A stretch of DNA of 63,857 nucleotides, counting the filler, from Octopus bimaculoides (lineage: Eukaryota), in the NCBI RefSeq assembly GCF_001194135.2. It is 7 parts of 7 records of this genome, joined end to end, with 100 filler letters (N's around TTAATTAATTAA, not from the genome) between each part and the next. Parts side by side here need not be neighbours in the genome. Positions count along the whole stretch, not along the records: positions 1 to 8,578 come from NC_068984.1; positions 8,679 to 22,224 come from NC_068993.1; 5 more parts are not named here. One strand, 5' to 3'. A program made the position numbers and the translations under genes. Below, in pieces: positions 1 through 12,640 of the stretch. Below the pieces are notes generated by a model, which did no database searches, was not told the origin of the DNA, and saw only the letters and a program-made list of their open reading frames with translations. Numbering within the stretch: the stretch's first letter is position 1; every line of letters starts with the position of its first letter.

Positions 1-169
1 GCATTAAAGCGCATATATATATATATCGTAGCAGGCGAGAATTGTTTGTCATGGGCGTCGGAATACCCGTATCAAGTGATTTCGGTCTACTGAACCTTAT
101 TAATGGGAAGCACCGGTCACCGCTTGCCAATCAATACATACATACATGTATTCATACATGCACATGTAG

Positions 170-221
<52 letters not shown>

Positions 222-469
222 GCACGCGCATATATATGGATCTTTTGTGCTGCTGCTAGATCTGCTAAGCAGACAAAGAGAAAATTCGTCTTGAAATCAC
301 ATTCTACTATCCTAAAATATAAAAGAAAGGGTACACGGTAACATGAGATCGCCACGGCTGAAATGTCTTTGACTAGATATTTTGCTTAATAAAGATCTAT
401 CTTGGACTAGACAACAGCCACAAAAGCATCGGAAGTTATAATAATTAAAATGCCATTCATGATGACAGA

Positions 470-1070
470 CTCTATACAAATCTATACGTCCAACTGGAAA
501 TAGCAACCAATTAATCCCCTAACTGCAACCAACTGAAAATGACACATAAGAAAATGGAGTCCTAGATAGACTATGCGCGAAACTTATCTGACATGGTTAC
601 AATTAGAACACCTTTTGTCACCTGTCTACACAATCAAGAGTGGGAGCGCAATGGCCCACTGGTTAGGGCAGCGGACTCGCGGTCATAGGATCGCGGTTTC
701 GATTCCTAGACCGGGCGTTGTGAGTGTTTATTGAGCGAAAACACCTAAAGCTCCACGAGGCTCCGACAGGAGATGGTGGCGAATCCTGCTGTACTCTTTC
801 ACCACAACTTTTATTCACTCTTACTTCCTCTTTCTGTTGTGCCTGTATTTCAAAGGGTCAGCCTTGTCACACTGTGTCACGCTGAATATCCCCGAGAATT
901 ATGTTAAGGGTACACGTGTCTGTGGATTGCTCAGCCACTTGCACGTTAATTTCACGAGCAGGCTGTTCCGTTGATCGGATCAACTGGAACCCTCGACGTG
1001 GTAAGCGACGGAGTGCCAACAACACAATGAAGGCTAGCTGAGCTGGGGATGAACAGCAACAACAACAACA
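470..1070 (+). mobile_element. Dispersed retro-like repeat H with (CAA)n tail, interrupted by a SINE A copy
   Basis: Motif gaaatagca(g)ccaa and a ctgggg..aa(c)aacaacaac tail recur in diverged form at 11335-11545, 17490-17700, 50415-50595 and 51900-52125; here the 3' end resumes at about 1027 after the SINE A insertion. Boundaries approximate. Confidence 0.45.
640..1021 (+). mobile_element. tRNA-derived SINE, family A, full length
   Basis: A-box-like tggcccactgg and B-box-like ggtttcgattcc head; body near-identical to 5115-5509 and 35554-35942; ends gtgccaacaac; TSD-like acacaatcaag (628-638) / acacaatgaag (1022-1032). Confidence 0.9.
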
Positions 1071-1199
1071 ATTCTACATGTTAGTTTTCATGTCGGTTTC
1101 GACGATGCACAATCAATTATTTGACCAATTGAATGTACATGCGGCCGAGTATTCCGCAGATACGAGTACTCTCAGCGCAATTCGCTTTCTGAACTAGCG

Positions 1200-2620
1200 T
1201 GACAGTATTGGTTTCGAATTTCGGTAAAAGGTCTGCAATTTCGGGGCAGGGTGTTAGTCGATTACATCGACCCCAGTGTTATTCTATCTATCCCGAAAGG
1301 ATGAAAGGCAAAGTCAACCTCAGCAACATTTGAACTTAGAAAGTAAAGACGGACGAAAAGCTGCTAAGCATTTTTTGCCGTCGTGCTAACGATTTTGCCA
1401 GCTAGCCACATTAATGTGTAACATGATATTGCAAGGGTATACCTTTGGAAGTGTAAAGTATAATTGAAACAGAAAGAAAGTGAGAAAAAGAGAGAGAGAG
1501 ACCAATGTTCAGTAATGGGCTGAATTTGACTTCTACGGGGTATGAACTCAGGGCACAGAGCGGCTGAATAAATACTGCATGTCACTTTATCCGACATTCT
1601 AACGACACTGTCAAAATCGCTGTTAAAGACTACTACAGCGACATAATTCTTCTGTCTTGACAGTATGTTTCAACCTGTGTACACATCAACTAAGTTTAGA
1701 GTCCCAATGTTGGGCGGAGATTGTGGTATCTTACTAGCCCACTTTCTGTTAGTCCACTTTATCGACTCCGAAGGATGAAAGGCAAATTTGGACTTTGTAT
1801 ATTTTGAACTGTGAACATAATGAGCTAGAACAAACACCACTCAAACAATTTTCCAAAATCTTCCCCAGTCATTATGATGATGCTAATTATAATTTCGAGC
1901 AAATGCACGAGGCCACAACGTTGGGTGGGGAGAAATATCACTTGATATAATTGGAAAGCCCCTTCAGCTACATTATTTTATAGAAATAGGATAAGTAGAG
2001 TCAACCTCAGCTGGATTTAAACTCAGAATTTAGAGGCAAGAAAATGCCACTGCGCTTTTGGGCAACGTTCTAATCGATTCTGAAAATTCACTACCCTCGC
2101 AGTGAGGGTATTTTTCTATAACACAAGCACAAGGTTTCAAATTTGTGGGTGGGCCGATTACAGAGCGATTACAGAGTCGTGCGAGAGTGTCGGAAAAGTG
2201 GCTTTGCAGTTCCGGTTGTCTACAATCTGAGTTCGAATCACGATGCAGCCAACTTTGCCTTTTACCTTTCGTGGTCAGCGTTGTACTAGTTCTGTACTGG
2301 GATCAATACTTCTCTATGTCAATCTGACTTTCCCTTTTTTTTGAAAAGAAATCAGACACGCATAGAAATGGGCTCTACCAGGTTCAAAACCCTATGTAAT
2401 ATACGTCGTATCTCATGACAGCATCCTTACGACTTAAACAAAGAGTTCATAGCCAAGAGATCAGATAATACTTACTTATATCGACCCAGGAAGGGATAAA
2501 CATTTCAATTTGCATCAAAGTCTTTCGAAATGAAGGAGTAAAGGGTCGTAACAAAATACTCAAAGGAATGTTACAAGACATTCTTACAACTCTGCCAAAC
2601 CACCTCCGCTATATTCAGAA
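1200..2620 (-). mobile_element. Cluster of degenerate family B SINE copies (mostly minus strand, one plus copy at about 2170-2310)
   Basis: Repeated variants of gattacatcgaccccag, cccgaaaggatgaaaggcaaagtc and tttgaactcagaa; the best copy is 1205-1410. Confidence 0.65.
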
Positions 2621-3479
2621 TAATAATTAAAATAATTATTTCTTAATGTCTTCCTACTTCTTTGCCTACGTTTATTTGTTTTTGTCTCATCTTTTGGTTT
2701 TACTATATTCCTTTTTTGGAAAATTGTTTTTCTCTTTCTTTCTCTCCCTCATTAATATCTAATTTCTTGCTTTAGACTTATTTTAATTCGTATTTATTCA
2801 TAGATCTATTCTCATTTATCGTTTATGTTTTCTTATTGCTTTTTTTGTGACAGAGAAGGAAAGGTGTTGTATCTCTATGGCCATATGATTTTCGGTTTTT
2901 TTTTTTTATTTTCGTTATATCTGCCGTATTGTCGTCCTCCTGTTCTTCTGTTCCTATTTCATTAGCTTACTTCTTGATGCCCACAGCCGAACGAAGACAA
3001 AAGAGTGCAAGACATGTTACTTTTAATCCGTTTATTGTATTACTCTGTGTTCTCGTATAGAAATCTTAAACCACTTAAACACGCAAAGGATTAGATATAT
3101 ATGTGTGTATATATCTAGATCATGTATCTGTATGTGTGTTCGTGTTTGTACACACACACACACATTTACGACAGTATATTACATATAAGTATAAATATTG
3201 ATGCGTATGTATGTGTGGCTGCAGTAGAAGACTCTGTAAAGCGGACAACAGATGGTTCTTTTAGGTTTGTTTCAAGTTGAAAAAAAAATCACAAGAATTT
3301 CTTTCCACTTATTGTCACTCATCAATATCTAACACCGCGTCAAGCACGAGTGTCACTTCACTCATTTTATCAACCCACCTTAAGTACATTTTTTTTCTTC
3401 AGAACCATTATTTCTGCTTGTAAAAATTATGACAATGAGTGAACAACGCTCGAATCGTCGGGGATAATTTAGACTATTT

Positions 3480-3866
3480 TATATTGGTTTTAAATTTCGG
3501 GATAAGGCTAACAATTTCAGGGAAGGGTGTTTGTCAATTACACGGACCCCAGTGCTCAACTGATGTTTGTTTTAGCGACCCCGAAAGGGATGAAAAGCAA
3601 AGTCGACCGCGCCAGAATTTCAACTCAGAACGCAAAGACAGATGAAATGCCGCTAAGCATTTTGCTTGGCGTGCTAACGATTCTGTAAGCTCGCTGCCTT
3701 CAGAGTATTTTATATTGATTTCAAATTTTGTCACAAGGGCAACAAGTCCGAGGCAGCGGTTGAGACGATTACATCGACTCACAATGCTCAACAGATATTT
3801 ATGATATTGACCTCAAAATAATGAAATTCAAAGTCTGCTTCGGCGTTATTCGAACTCAGAACGCAG
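3480..3866 (-). mobile_element. Two tandem family B SINE copies; the second is 5'-truncated
   Basis: 3480-3700 full copy; 3721-3866 truncated copy flanked by a 19-bp direct repeat agagtattttatattgatt (3702-3720, 3867-3885). Confidence 0.75.
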
Positions 3867-4252
3867 AGAGTATTTTATATTGATTGCATTAATAGTACGA
3901 CAGCAACCACTACCATTTTTGCTGCTGCGGCTGCCGATGCTACTATTTCCGCTGATGGTGCGGCTACTACTAAACGGTATACAGATTTAACCCATTTACC
4001 ACATAAAGTTGATGTATCCACTCATGATATCATAACTTTTAACTGCAGAAAGTAGTTTTATTAACCAAAGCATCTTTTGTTGAAACTATTTTCTGTTGAG
4101 ATATATCGATTTTATGCAGGCAAAGTGAGTTGCAGAAAATAGCGGTTCTATTTTTGGAAAATATTTAGTATCATTACTGGAATAACCATGGAATTTAATT
4201 TCGCAGTGATAGAGTTAAGGTTTAATGTTTAAGGTGTGAGTTAAAAATACTA

Positions 4253-4502
4253 TTGGGTTGGTGCATAATTACTGCGGCTTTTTCTCAACAAATTTTATTC
4301 AACAAAGACAATAATAACATGTAACAAAAACATCTATAAATGATTATTCCGGAGAATATTCACTATCTACTTCAATTACTGCTTCCCGTTTGCTTGGCAG
4401 ACGGTCAGACCGTCATTTAAAGATGTTTTTGTTATATATTGTTATGGTTTTGTTGAATAAAATTTGTTGAAAAAAAGCCGCAATAGTTATGCACCAACCC
4501 AA
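4253..4502. mobile_element. Mariner-derived MITE (250 bp, about 90-bp inverted arms, TA TSD)
   Basis: TA|ttgggttggtgcataattactgcggc ... gccgcaatagttatgcaccaacccaa|TA; termini resemble the Hsmar1/MADE1 TIR as I recall it; the interior on the minus strand encodes DRLPSKREAVIEVDSEYSPE*, a mariner transposase C-terminus. Confidence 0.9.
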
Positions 4503-5114
4503 TATTTCAGTTCAGTTGCTGATACTTAGGAGCCGAATTGTTTAGTACTAGATTTCAGTAGAAGCTTATTTTCTTAACTGCATTTTTTCATTCAAAATGT
4601 GTAGCTTTGTATCAAATTTAAGATTCCTTATTCGTATGGAACCGATTCATACAAAATTTTAAATTTTGCGTGATGGCGACTTTTGCGATAAATTTGACTT
4701 CACTCTCATCATCGAATAAATGTCCCGTTATTGTTCCTAAACTTGCTTTAAAATAATGAGCACAACTTAATACTCTCTTCATACACACACATATAACACA
4801 TGTATTGTCGACGTCCCTGTTTGTAAATATATATCTGCTACTAATGTTACTGCTACTGCTGCTGCTGCTGCTGCTGCTACAACCGTGCTTCTAAATTATA
4901 TATTGTTTAAACCTTTTTACTACGGCGGAAAGCGAATAAATTCACTCAAAATTTCATTACCCTCAAGTGCAAAAAGCAGTTTTTTTCTTTGTTACCAAAG
5001 TCTTGTGAGTGGATTTGGTAGACAGAAACTAAAAGAAGCAGATCGATTTTATATCTATACTTGTGCGAATAGCGTGTTTTACATTGGTTTAATATCGTTG
5101 TATTATATATTCCT

Positions 5115-5509
5115 GTGGAGGCGCGATGGCCCAGTGATTAGGGCAGCGGACTCGCAGTCATAGGATCGCGGTTTCGATCCCCAGACCGGGCGTTGTGAGT
5201 GTTTATTGAGCGAAAACACCTAAAGCTGCACGAGGCTCCGGCAGGGGATGGTGGCGAACCCTGCTGTACTCTTCCACCACAACTTTCTCTCTCTCTTTCT
5301 TCCTGTTTCTGTTGTGCCTGTAATTCAAAGGGTCAGCCTTGTCACACTGTGTCACGCTGAATATCCCCGGGAGCTACGTTAAGGGTACACGTGTCTGTGG
5401 AGTGATCAGCCACTTGCACGTTAATTTCACGAGCAGGCTGTTCCGTTGATCGGATCAACTAGAACCCTCGACGTCGTAAGCGACGGAGTGCCAACAACAA
5501 CAACAACAT
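5115..5509 (+). mobile_element. SINE family A, full length, ends at a gap
   Basis: Same tRNA-like head and body as 640-1021; (CAA)n tail. Confidence 0.9.
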
Positions 5510-6056
5510 NNNNNNNNNNNNNNNNNNNNNNNNNNNNNNNNNNNNNNNNNNNNNNNNNNNNNNNNNNNNNNNNNNNNNNNNNNNNNNNNNNNNNNNNNNN
5601 NNNNNNNNNNNNNNNNNNNNNNNNNNNNNNNNNNNNNNNNNNNNNNNNNNNNNNNNNNNNNNNNNNNNNNNNNNNNNNNNNNNNNNNNNNNNNNNNNNNN
5701 NNNNNNNNNNNNNNNNNNNNNNNNNNNNNNNNNNNNNNNNNNNNNNNNNNNNNNNNNNNNNNNNNNNNNNNNNNNNNNNNNNNNNNNNNNNNNNNNNNNN
5801 NNNNNNNNNNNNNNNNNNNNNNNNNNNNNNNNNNNNNNNNNNNNNNNNNNNNNNNNNNNNNNNNNNNNNNNNNNNNNNNNNNNNNNNNNNNNNNNNNNNN
5901 NNNNNNNNNNNNNNNNNNNNNNNNNNNNNNNNNNNNNNNNNNNNNNNNNNNNNNNNNNNNNNNNNNNNNNNNNNNNNNNNNNNNNNNNNNNNNNNNNNNN
6001 NNNNNNNNNNNNNNNNNNNNNNNNNNNNNNNNNNNNNNNNNNNNNNNNNNNNNNNA

Positions 6057-6350
6057 ACACCTAAAGCTCCACGAGGTTCCGGCAGGGGATGGTGGCGAAC
6101 CCTGCTGTACTCTTTCACCACAACTTTCTCTCACCCTTACTTCATGTTTCTGTTGTGCCTGTAATTCAAAGGGTCAGCCTTGTCACACTGTGTCACGCTG
6201 AATATCCCCGGGAGCTACGTTAAGGGTACACGTGTCTGTGGAGTGATCAGCCACTTGCACGTTAATTTCACGAGCAGGCTGTTCCGTTGATCGGATCAAC
6301 TAGAACCCTCGACGTCGTAAGCGACGGAGTGCCAACAACAACAACAACAT
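6057..6350 (+). mobile_element. SINE family A, 3' portion after a gap
   Basis: Matches 5216-5509; the 3' ~200 bp are identical, including private variants. Confidence 0.85.
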
Positions 6351-6524
6351 GCAGTCACATAATTAAATAGTTACATACATGACAGTCAATCAAAGCAAGC
6401 TGATATCAATATATGTAGATATCAGTCTCACGTACACACACCTAACATCCCCACCGACACAAAAAACACTCAAACACACACTCATATACACATTCCACAA
6501 TAAACTCTGGGACCAATAAAAACG

Positions 6525-6563
<39 letters not shown>

Positions 6564-8521
6564 CACAAACACACATATATACACACACACATAGAGATGT
6601 GCACAAACCAGTCCCAAAAACCAGTGAACCATGACAGACTGTCACAGACTAACCAAAAATTAAAAAATCTTCTTTAACTCTTCTNNNNNNNNNNNNNNNN
6701 NNNNNNNNNNNNNNNNNNNNNNNNNNNNNNNNNNNNNNNNNNNNNNNNNNNNNNNNNNNNNNNNNNNNNNNNNNNNNNNNNNNNNNNNNNNNNNNNNNNN
6801 NNNNNNNNNNNNNNNNNNNNNNNNNNNNNNNNNNNNNNNNNNNNNNNNNNNNNNNNNNNNNNNNNNNNNNNNNNNNNNNNNNNNNNNNNNNNNNNNNNNN
6901 NNNNNNNNNNNNNNNNNNNNNNNNNNNNNNNNNNNNNNNNNNNNNNNNNNNNNNNNNNNNNNNNNNNNNNNNNNNNNNNNNNNNNNNNNNNNNNNNNNNN
7001 NNNNNNNNNNNNNNNNNNNNNNNNNNNNNNNNNNNNNNNNNNNNNNNNNNNNNNNNNNNNNNNNNNNNNNNNNNNNNNNNNNNNNNNNNNNNNNNNNNNN
7101 NNNNNNNNNNNNNNNNNNNNNNNNNNNNNNNNNNNNNNNNNNNNNNNNNNNNNNNNNNNNNNNNNNNNNNNNNNNNNNNNNNNNNNNNNNNNNNNNNNNN
7201 NNNNNNNNNNNNNNNNNNNNNNNNNNNNNNNNNNNNNNNNNNNNNNNNNNNNNNNNNNNNNNNNNNNNNNNNNNNNNNNNNNNNNNNNNNNNNNNNNNNN
7301 NNNNNNNNNNNNNNNNNNNNNNNNNNNNNNNNNNNNNNNNNNNNNNNNNNNNNNNNNNNNNNNNNNNNNNNNNNNNNNNNNNNNNNNNNNNNNNNNNNNN
7401 NNNNNNNNNNNNNNNNNNNNNNNNNNNNNNNNNNNNNNNNNNNNNNNNNNNNNNNNNNNNNNNNNNNNNNNNNNNNNNNNNNNNNNNNNNNNNNNNNNNN
7501 NNNNNNNNNNNNNNNNNNNNNNNNNNNNNNNNNNNNNNNNNNNNNNNNNNNNNNNNNNNNNNNNNNNNNNNNNNNNNNNNNNNNNNNNNNNNNNNNNNNN
7601 NNNNNNNNNNNNNNNNNNNNNNNNNNNNNNATATATATATATATATATAACGTACGTATACTTTGTCTCTTATATACATGTATATATGAAGGTTAGGAGG
7701 GTATAACTTCACTGGGGCGCGTGTGTGTAGATATACTTTAGCTAACCAAGGCCGATTACTGTATATCGTTGCGCATGCGTTAAGAAAAGTCCATAGTAGA
7801 CATGTATTATTTTAAATATAATAGGACATATATGTGTGTGTATGCGCGCGTGTATGTGTGTGTGTGTGTGTGTGACACTGTATTTGTGTTTATCCCCCAC
7901 CACCTCTTGACAACCGGTATCTAAAAGAATATAAGTACTTCCAAGTGGTGCCCTAGCATGGCCGCATTCTAATTACTGAAACAAGTAAAAGATAGATGAT
8001 GCAGAGAGAGAGAAAGAGAGAGAAAGAAAGAAAGAAAGAAAGAAAGAGAAAGAGAGAGAGAAAGAGAAAAAGAGAAAGAAAGCAAGATAGGTAGAAAGAA
8101 AGAAAGAAAGAAAGAAAGAAGGAAAGAAAGAAAGAAAGTAAGAAAGAAAGAAAGAAAGAAAAAGAGAGAGAGAGAGAGAGATAATGTATTATAGAACGCT
8201 AAAATAAAAAAAAACGTGTTACAGTGAGTAACCAAATAGTGTTCAGAGAAATCTGAAACTTGAACTCCACCCGCTTCGTCCAGGGCAGGCTGGTTGGCCG
8301 AGGTTATTAGTTGGGTACTAAACCGGAAGCAGAAAAAGCTGATACACCATGGACTATGTAAGAAATGTATTCACATGAAAAGTTTTGTATACAAATAAAT
8401 GATGTAATCAATTCGAATGCTTACAGCATTTATTTGTACTGACAGCTTTCCAGATGAATATATTACTTACGCCTTCTATTATCTGTCTGTCTTTTCTACT
8501 TTTCCATCGTTCCGTCGTTAC

Positions 8522-8578
<57 letters not shown>

Positions 8579-8622
8579 NNNNNNNNNNNNNNNNNNNNNN
8601 NNNNNNNNNNNNNNNNNNNNNN

Positions 8623-8634
8623 TTAATTAATTAA
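8623..8634. other. Assembly gap linker TTAATTAATTAA (also at 22269, 32433, 43489, 56088, 61533)
   Basis: Identical 12-mer centred in 44N+12+44N gaps; it places TAA in all six frames. Confidence 0.95.
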
Positions 8635-8935
8635 NNNNNNNNNNNNNNNNNNNNNNNNNNNNNNNNNNNNNNNNNNNNATATACACACACACACACACAC
8701 ACACATGTACTCACAAACCTAAAATACACACGGACTTAAAAATACATAAATATGCATATGTATAGATGTGAGTGCATGTGTATAAGTGTGTAAATGTGTA
8801 TTAAAACCTTGGCCTTGAGTAGGACTTAAGGTTCCACCTCACTGCTTATTCAAGGCTCGTTGAATAAGCCATTCAATGCGCCTTGAAGTCCCAGTAAACT
8901 TGAACTTCACAATAAAGTTCATTCTACTTTCAGTA

Positions 8936-9141
8936 TTAACCATTTAGCATTTAAATTAGTCATATCCATCTGAAATATGTTTTACGTTCAAATCGGTTCA
9001 GTCTGACCTCTCTCACCTAACCTACAATGCCATTCTAATATTGAATCCTGGAATCTATGAGATAATACCTGATTAATTCAAAACAATGTGAATAAATAAG
9101 CTTTACATTTTGACAGAATAATCTGAATGCTGATGGATCAA
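8936..9141. mobile_element. Degenerate TTAA-bounded MITE (piggyBac-like termini)
   Basis: Left end ttaaccatttagcatt; right end aatgctgatggatcaa is a decayed reverse complement. Confidence 0.4.
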
Positions 9142-9463
9142 GTTACCCCATCGATAAATGTTTGAAATAATAGCCTTAATTTAACATTAAATATGGACAT
9201 AGAAGTTTGTTTATCTATCAGTCTATCCATCCATCCTTCCACCCATCCATCTATCTGATTGTCTGTGTCTATACACACACACACAAACACACACACGAAC
9301 ACATAGTTTATAAAAGAAAGGTGTCAAGATTGTGATGATATTTGGTTGGCTACTGATGATTCCCATTTATCAGCCCTCTGTGCTGATGCTTTCATTCACA
9401 CACACATGAATATATACATGCACAGACACACACATGTATATTTATATATGATATATATATATG

Positions 9464-9534
<71 letters not shown>

Positions 9535-9717
9535 CATGTATATAATATATATATATCGTATACATATATATACAAAATATATATATTGTATGCATATATA
9601 TATATAATATATATATTGTATACACACACACATAGATATATATAATACATATATATATAAGTATTGTATACATATATATTTATAATATATATATTGTGTA
9701 CATACATATATAGATAT

Positions 9718-10076
9718 ATCATCATCATCATCATCATCATCGTTTAACGTCCGCTTTCCATGCTAGCATGGGTTGGACGATTTGACTGAGGACTGGTGAA
9801 ACCAGATGGCTACACCAGGCTCCAATCTGATTTGGCAGAGTTTCTACAGCTGGATGCCCTTCCTAACGCCAACCACTCAGAGAGTGTAGTGGGTGCTTTT
9901 ACGTGTCACCCGCACGAAGGCCAGTCAGGTGGTACTGGCAATGGCCACACTCAAAATGGTGCATTTTATGTGCCACCCACACAAGAGCCAGTCCAGGGGC
10001 ACTGGCAACGATCTCGCTCGAAAATCCCACGAAGGCCAGCTAGGCGGCACTGGCAACGGTCACGCTCAAAATGGTA
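9718..10076 (-). mobile_element. Non-LTR retroelement/SINE 3' part with (GAT)n tail and internal sub-repeats
   Basis: The minus strand reads ggaagggcatccagctgtagaaac ... ccatgctagcatgg (perfect 14-bp palindrome) ... gttaaac(gat)n; three ggYactggcaaYg..c..ctc.aaaat modules lie at about 9931, 9998 and 10046. Confidence 0.7.
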
Positions 10077-10767
10077 TATATACATACATATATATCTATT
10101 ACATATCACACACACATATAGATACATATAAATATGTGTATGTGTGTGTACTCACACAGACAGACAAACACACACACATACAAACATAAAATATATATGA
10201 TATATAATCATATCATATGTGTGTGTGAGTTTGTCTGTGTGTTTAAATAAACTTGTCCCTTGGCATATTTGCTTACATGTGTGTATAGATATGCATATAC
10301 ACACCATATACATATGTGTATGCATCTGTAACTTTGTGAGTGTGCATGTGTGTGCATGCATGAACATAACTTTGAGGAAGAAACAACTGTAAGACGATAG
10401 AATAAGGATTAGAAAATAGAGGATATTGTTTTTGCTTTTTTTGGGTCAACCTTAGTTTTTGCCAAAATATTTAGAAGAAATTTTAGATAGATAGAGAGAG
10501 AGAGAGAAAGAGATTGAGTGAAGTGTCTGTACGAAGGAGAGGTAAAACAGAAATCAAAGAATATAAAATTTAATTTAAAAAGTTACAAACAGATTGAATA
10601 AAAAAAACAACAAAAGCACTTTTTATAAAGTTGTACTTCGTACTTTATAAGTTGTACAACTTTTGTATTCCCTGGTTTGGTTTTATATATATATATATTT
10701 ATATGCATGTGTGTATATATACTCACACATATATATCTGTTTGTTTACATATGTATATACATATATC

Positions 10768-10818
<51 letters not shown>

Positions 10819-10910
10819 ATATATATATATATATATGACTGTTTTTGTATATGTGGAAGAGTATTATTGGACTGTTCGTATAGCTGTGGAATAGTATTAT
10901 AACATATCCT

Positions 10911-10972
<62 letters not shown>

Positions 10973-11057
10973 ATATACACACACATATATATATATATAT
11001 GCATATATAAATAAGTTAATATATATATATATATATATATACATATGTGTGTGTATG

Positions 11058-11103
<46 letters not shown>

Positions 11104-12134
11104 ATGCATATATTCACTGTGTATACACACACACACACACACGCATATATTTATATATACATATATGTTTCTATGCACGCATGCACACACAAACACATAC
11201 ATACACGCACACAGTTTCTGCAAGGATTAGATTCCCAAGCCCTGTCATATTACTAGTACATTTATATATTTACTGTTCTGTGTTTTTTTGGTTGTTTTTT
11301 TTTGCATTGTATTTCAGTTTCATCATCAGAGTCTATCAAGAAACCTCTACCTGGTCGATCGACCGGCTAGAAATAGCAGCAAAAATAACATTTCTGCCTA
11401 TCAGTGTCTCCCTTTCTTTCATATCACAATTTACTCTGCTTGAAAAACAAATGACAGACGGGATGGTCATAACTGGAGACCATTTGATAGAAGCACAGCT
11501 TAACCTATACTATCCTGAGGTTATGCAATAACAACAATGACAACAAGACCTGAGTGAGGTTACAACTAAGGACAAAATAAATAGCATGTTATTTTCTTTT
11601 AATAATTTGTCAAATGCCTGTTGGTGGATTTTAGAAAATACATCTTTGTGGTATGCAGACCATGGCTAGATGCATGTATACAGCAGAGGAGATGATTTTG
11701 GGATAGGGTTTCAAACCTTATGAGACACAGATAAGTATGTTGTTAAAATTATGTTTTGTGTACTGAATTTTGTTGGGTCAATAAAGTGAGTTTGATTTAT
11801 GAGGGTATTGAACCTAAGTCAAGGAATTATTATGGTTGAAGCCTGTCTCTTGCATGCCAAACTATTTAAAATCATCATCATCATCATCATCATTGTTTTA
11901 CATCTGTTTTCGCTAGTATAGGAAACTATGTGCATGTATAAGTATTTTTCAAACATTAATGTGTGCAAATACATGTATATTCACATACACACATGGTTGT
12001 GAATGCATGTGTATTTAAGTGTATATACATACATACACTTAAATACATACATACGTGTGTGTATGTGTGTGCGTGTGTATTTGTGTGTGTTATATATACT
12101 TATATAAATATGCTTTCACATACCAACTCTCTCA

Positions 12135-12169
<35 letters not shown>

Positions 12170-12589
12170 NNNNNNNNNNNNNNNNNNNNNNNNNNNNNNN
12201 NNNNNNNNNNNNNNNNNNNNNNNNNNNNNNNNNNNNNNNNNNNNNNNNNNNNNNNNNNNNNNNNNNNNNNNNNNNNNNNNNNNNNNNNNNNNNNNNNNNN
12301 NNNNNNNNNNNNNNNNNNNNNNNNNNNNNNNNNNNNNNNNNNNNNNNNNNNNNNNNNNNNNNNNNNNNNNNNNNNNNNNNNNNNNNNNNNNNNNNNNNNN
12401 NNNNNNNNNNNNNNNNNNNNNNNNNNNNNNNNNNNNNNNNNNNNNNNNNNNNNNNNNNNNNNNNNNNNNNNNNNNNNNNNNNNNNNNNNNNNNNNNNNNN
12501 NNNNNNNNNNNNNNNNNNNNNNNNNNNNNNNNNNNNNNNNNNNNNNNNNNNNNNNNNNNNNNNNNNNNNNNNNNNNNNNNNNNNNNNNN

Positions 12590-12640
<51 letters not shown>

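Noticed and set aside
9787-9805. CTGAGGA...GAAA hammerhead-like core
   Set aside because: Only 5 nt separate the boxes, so stem II cannot form.
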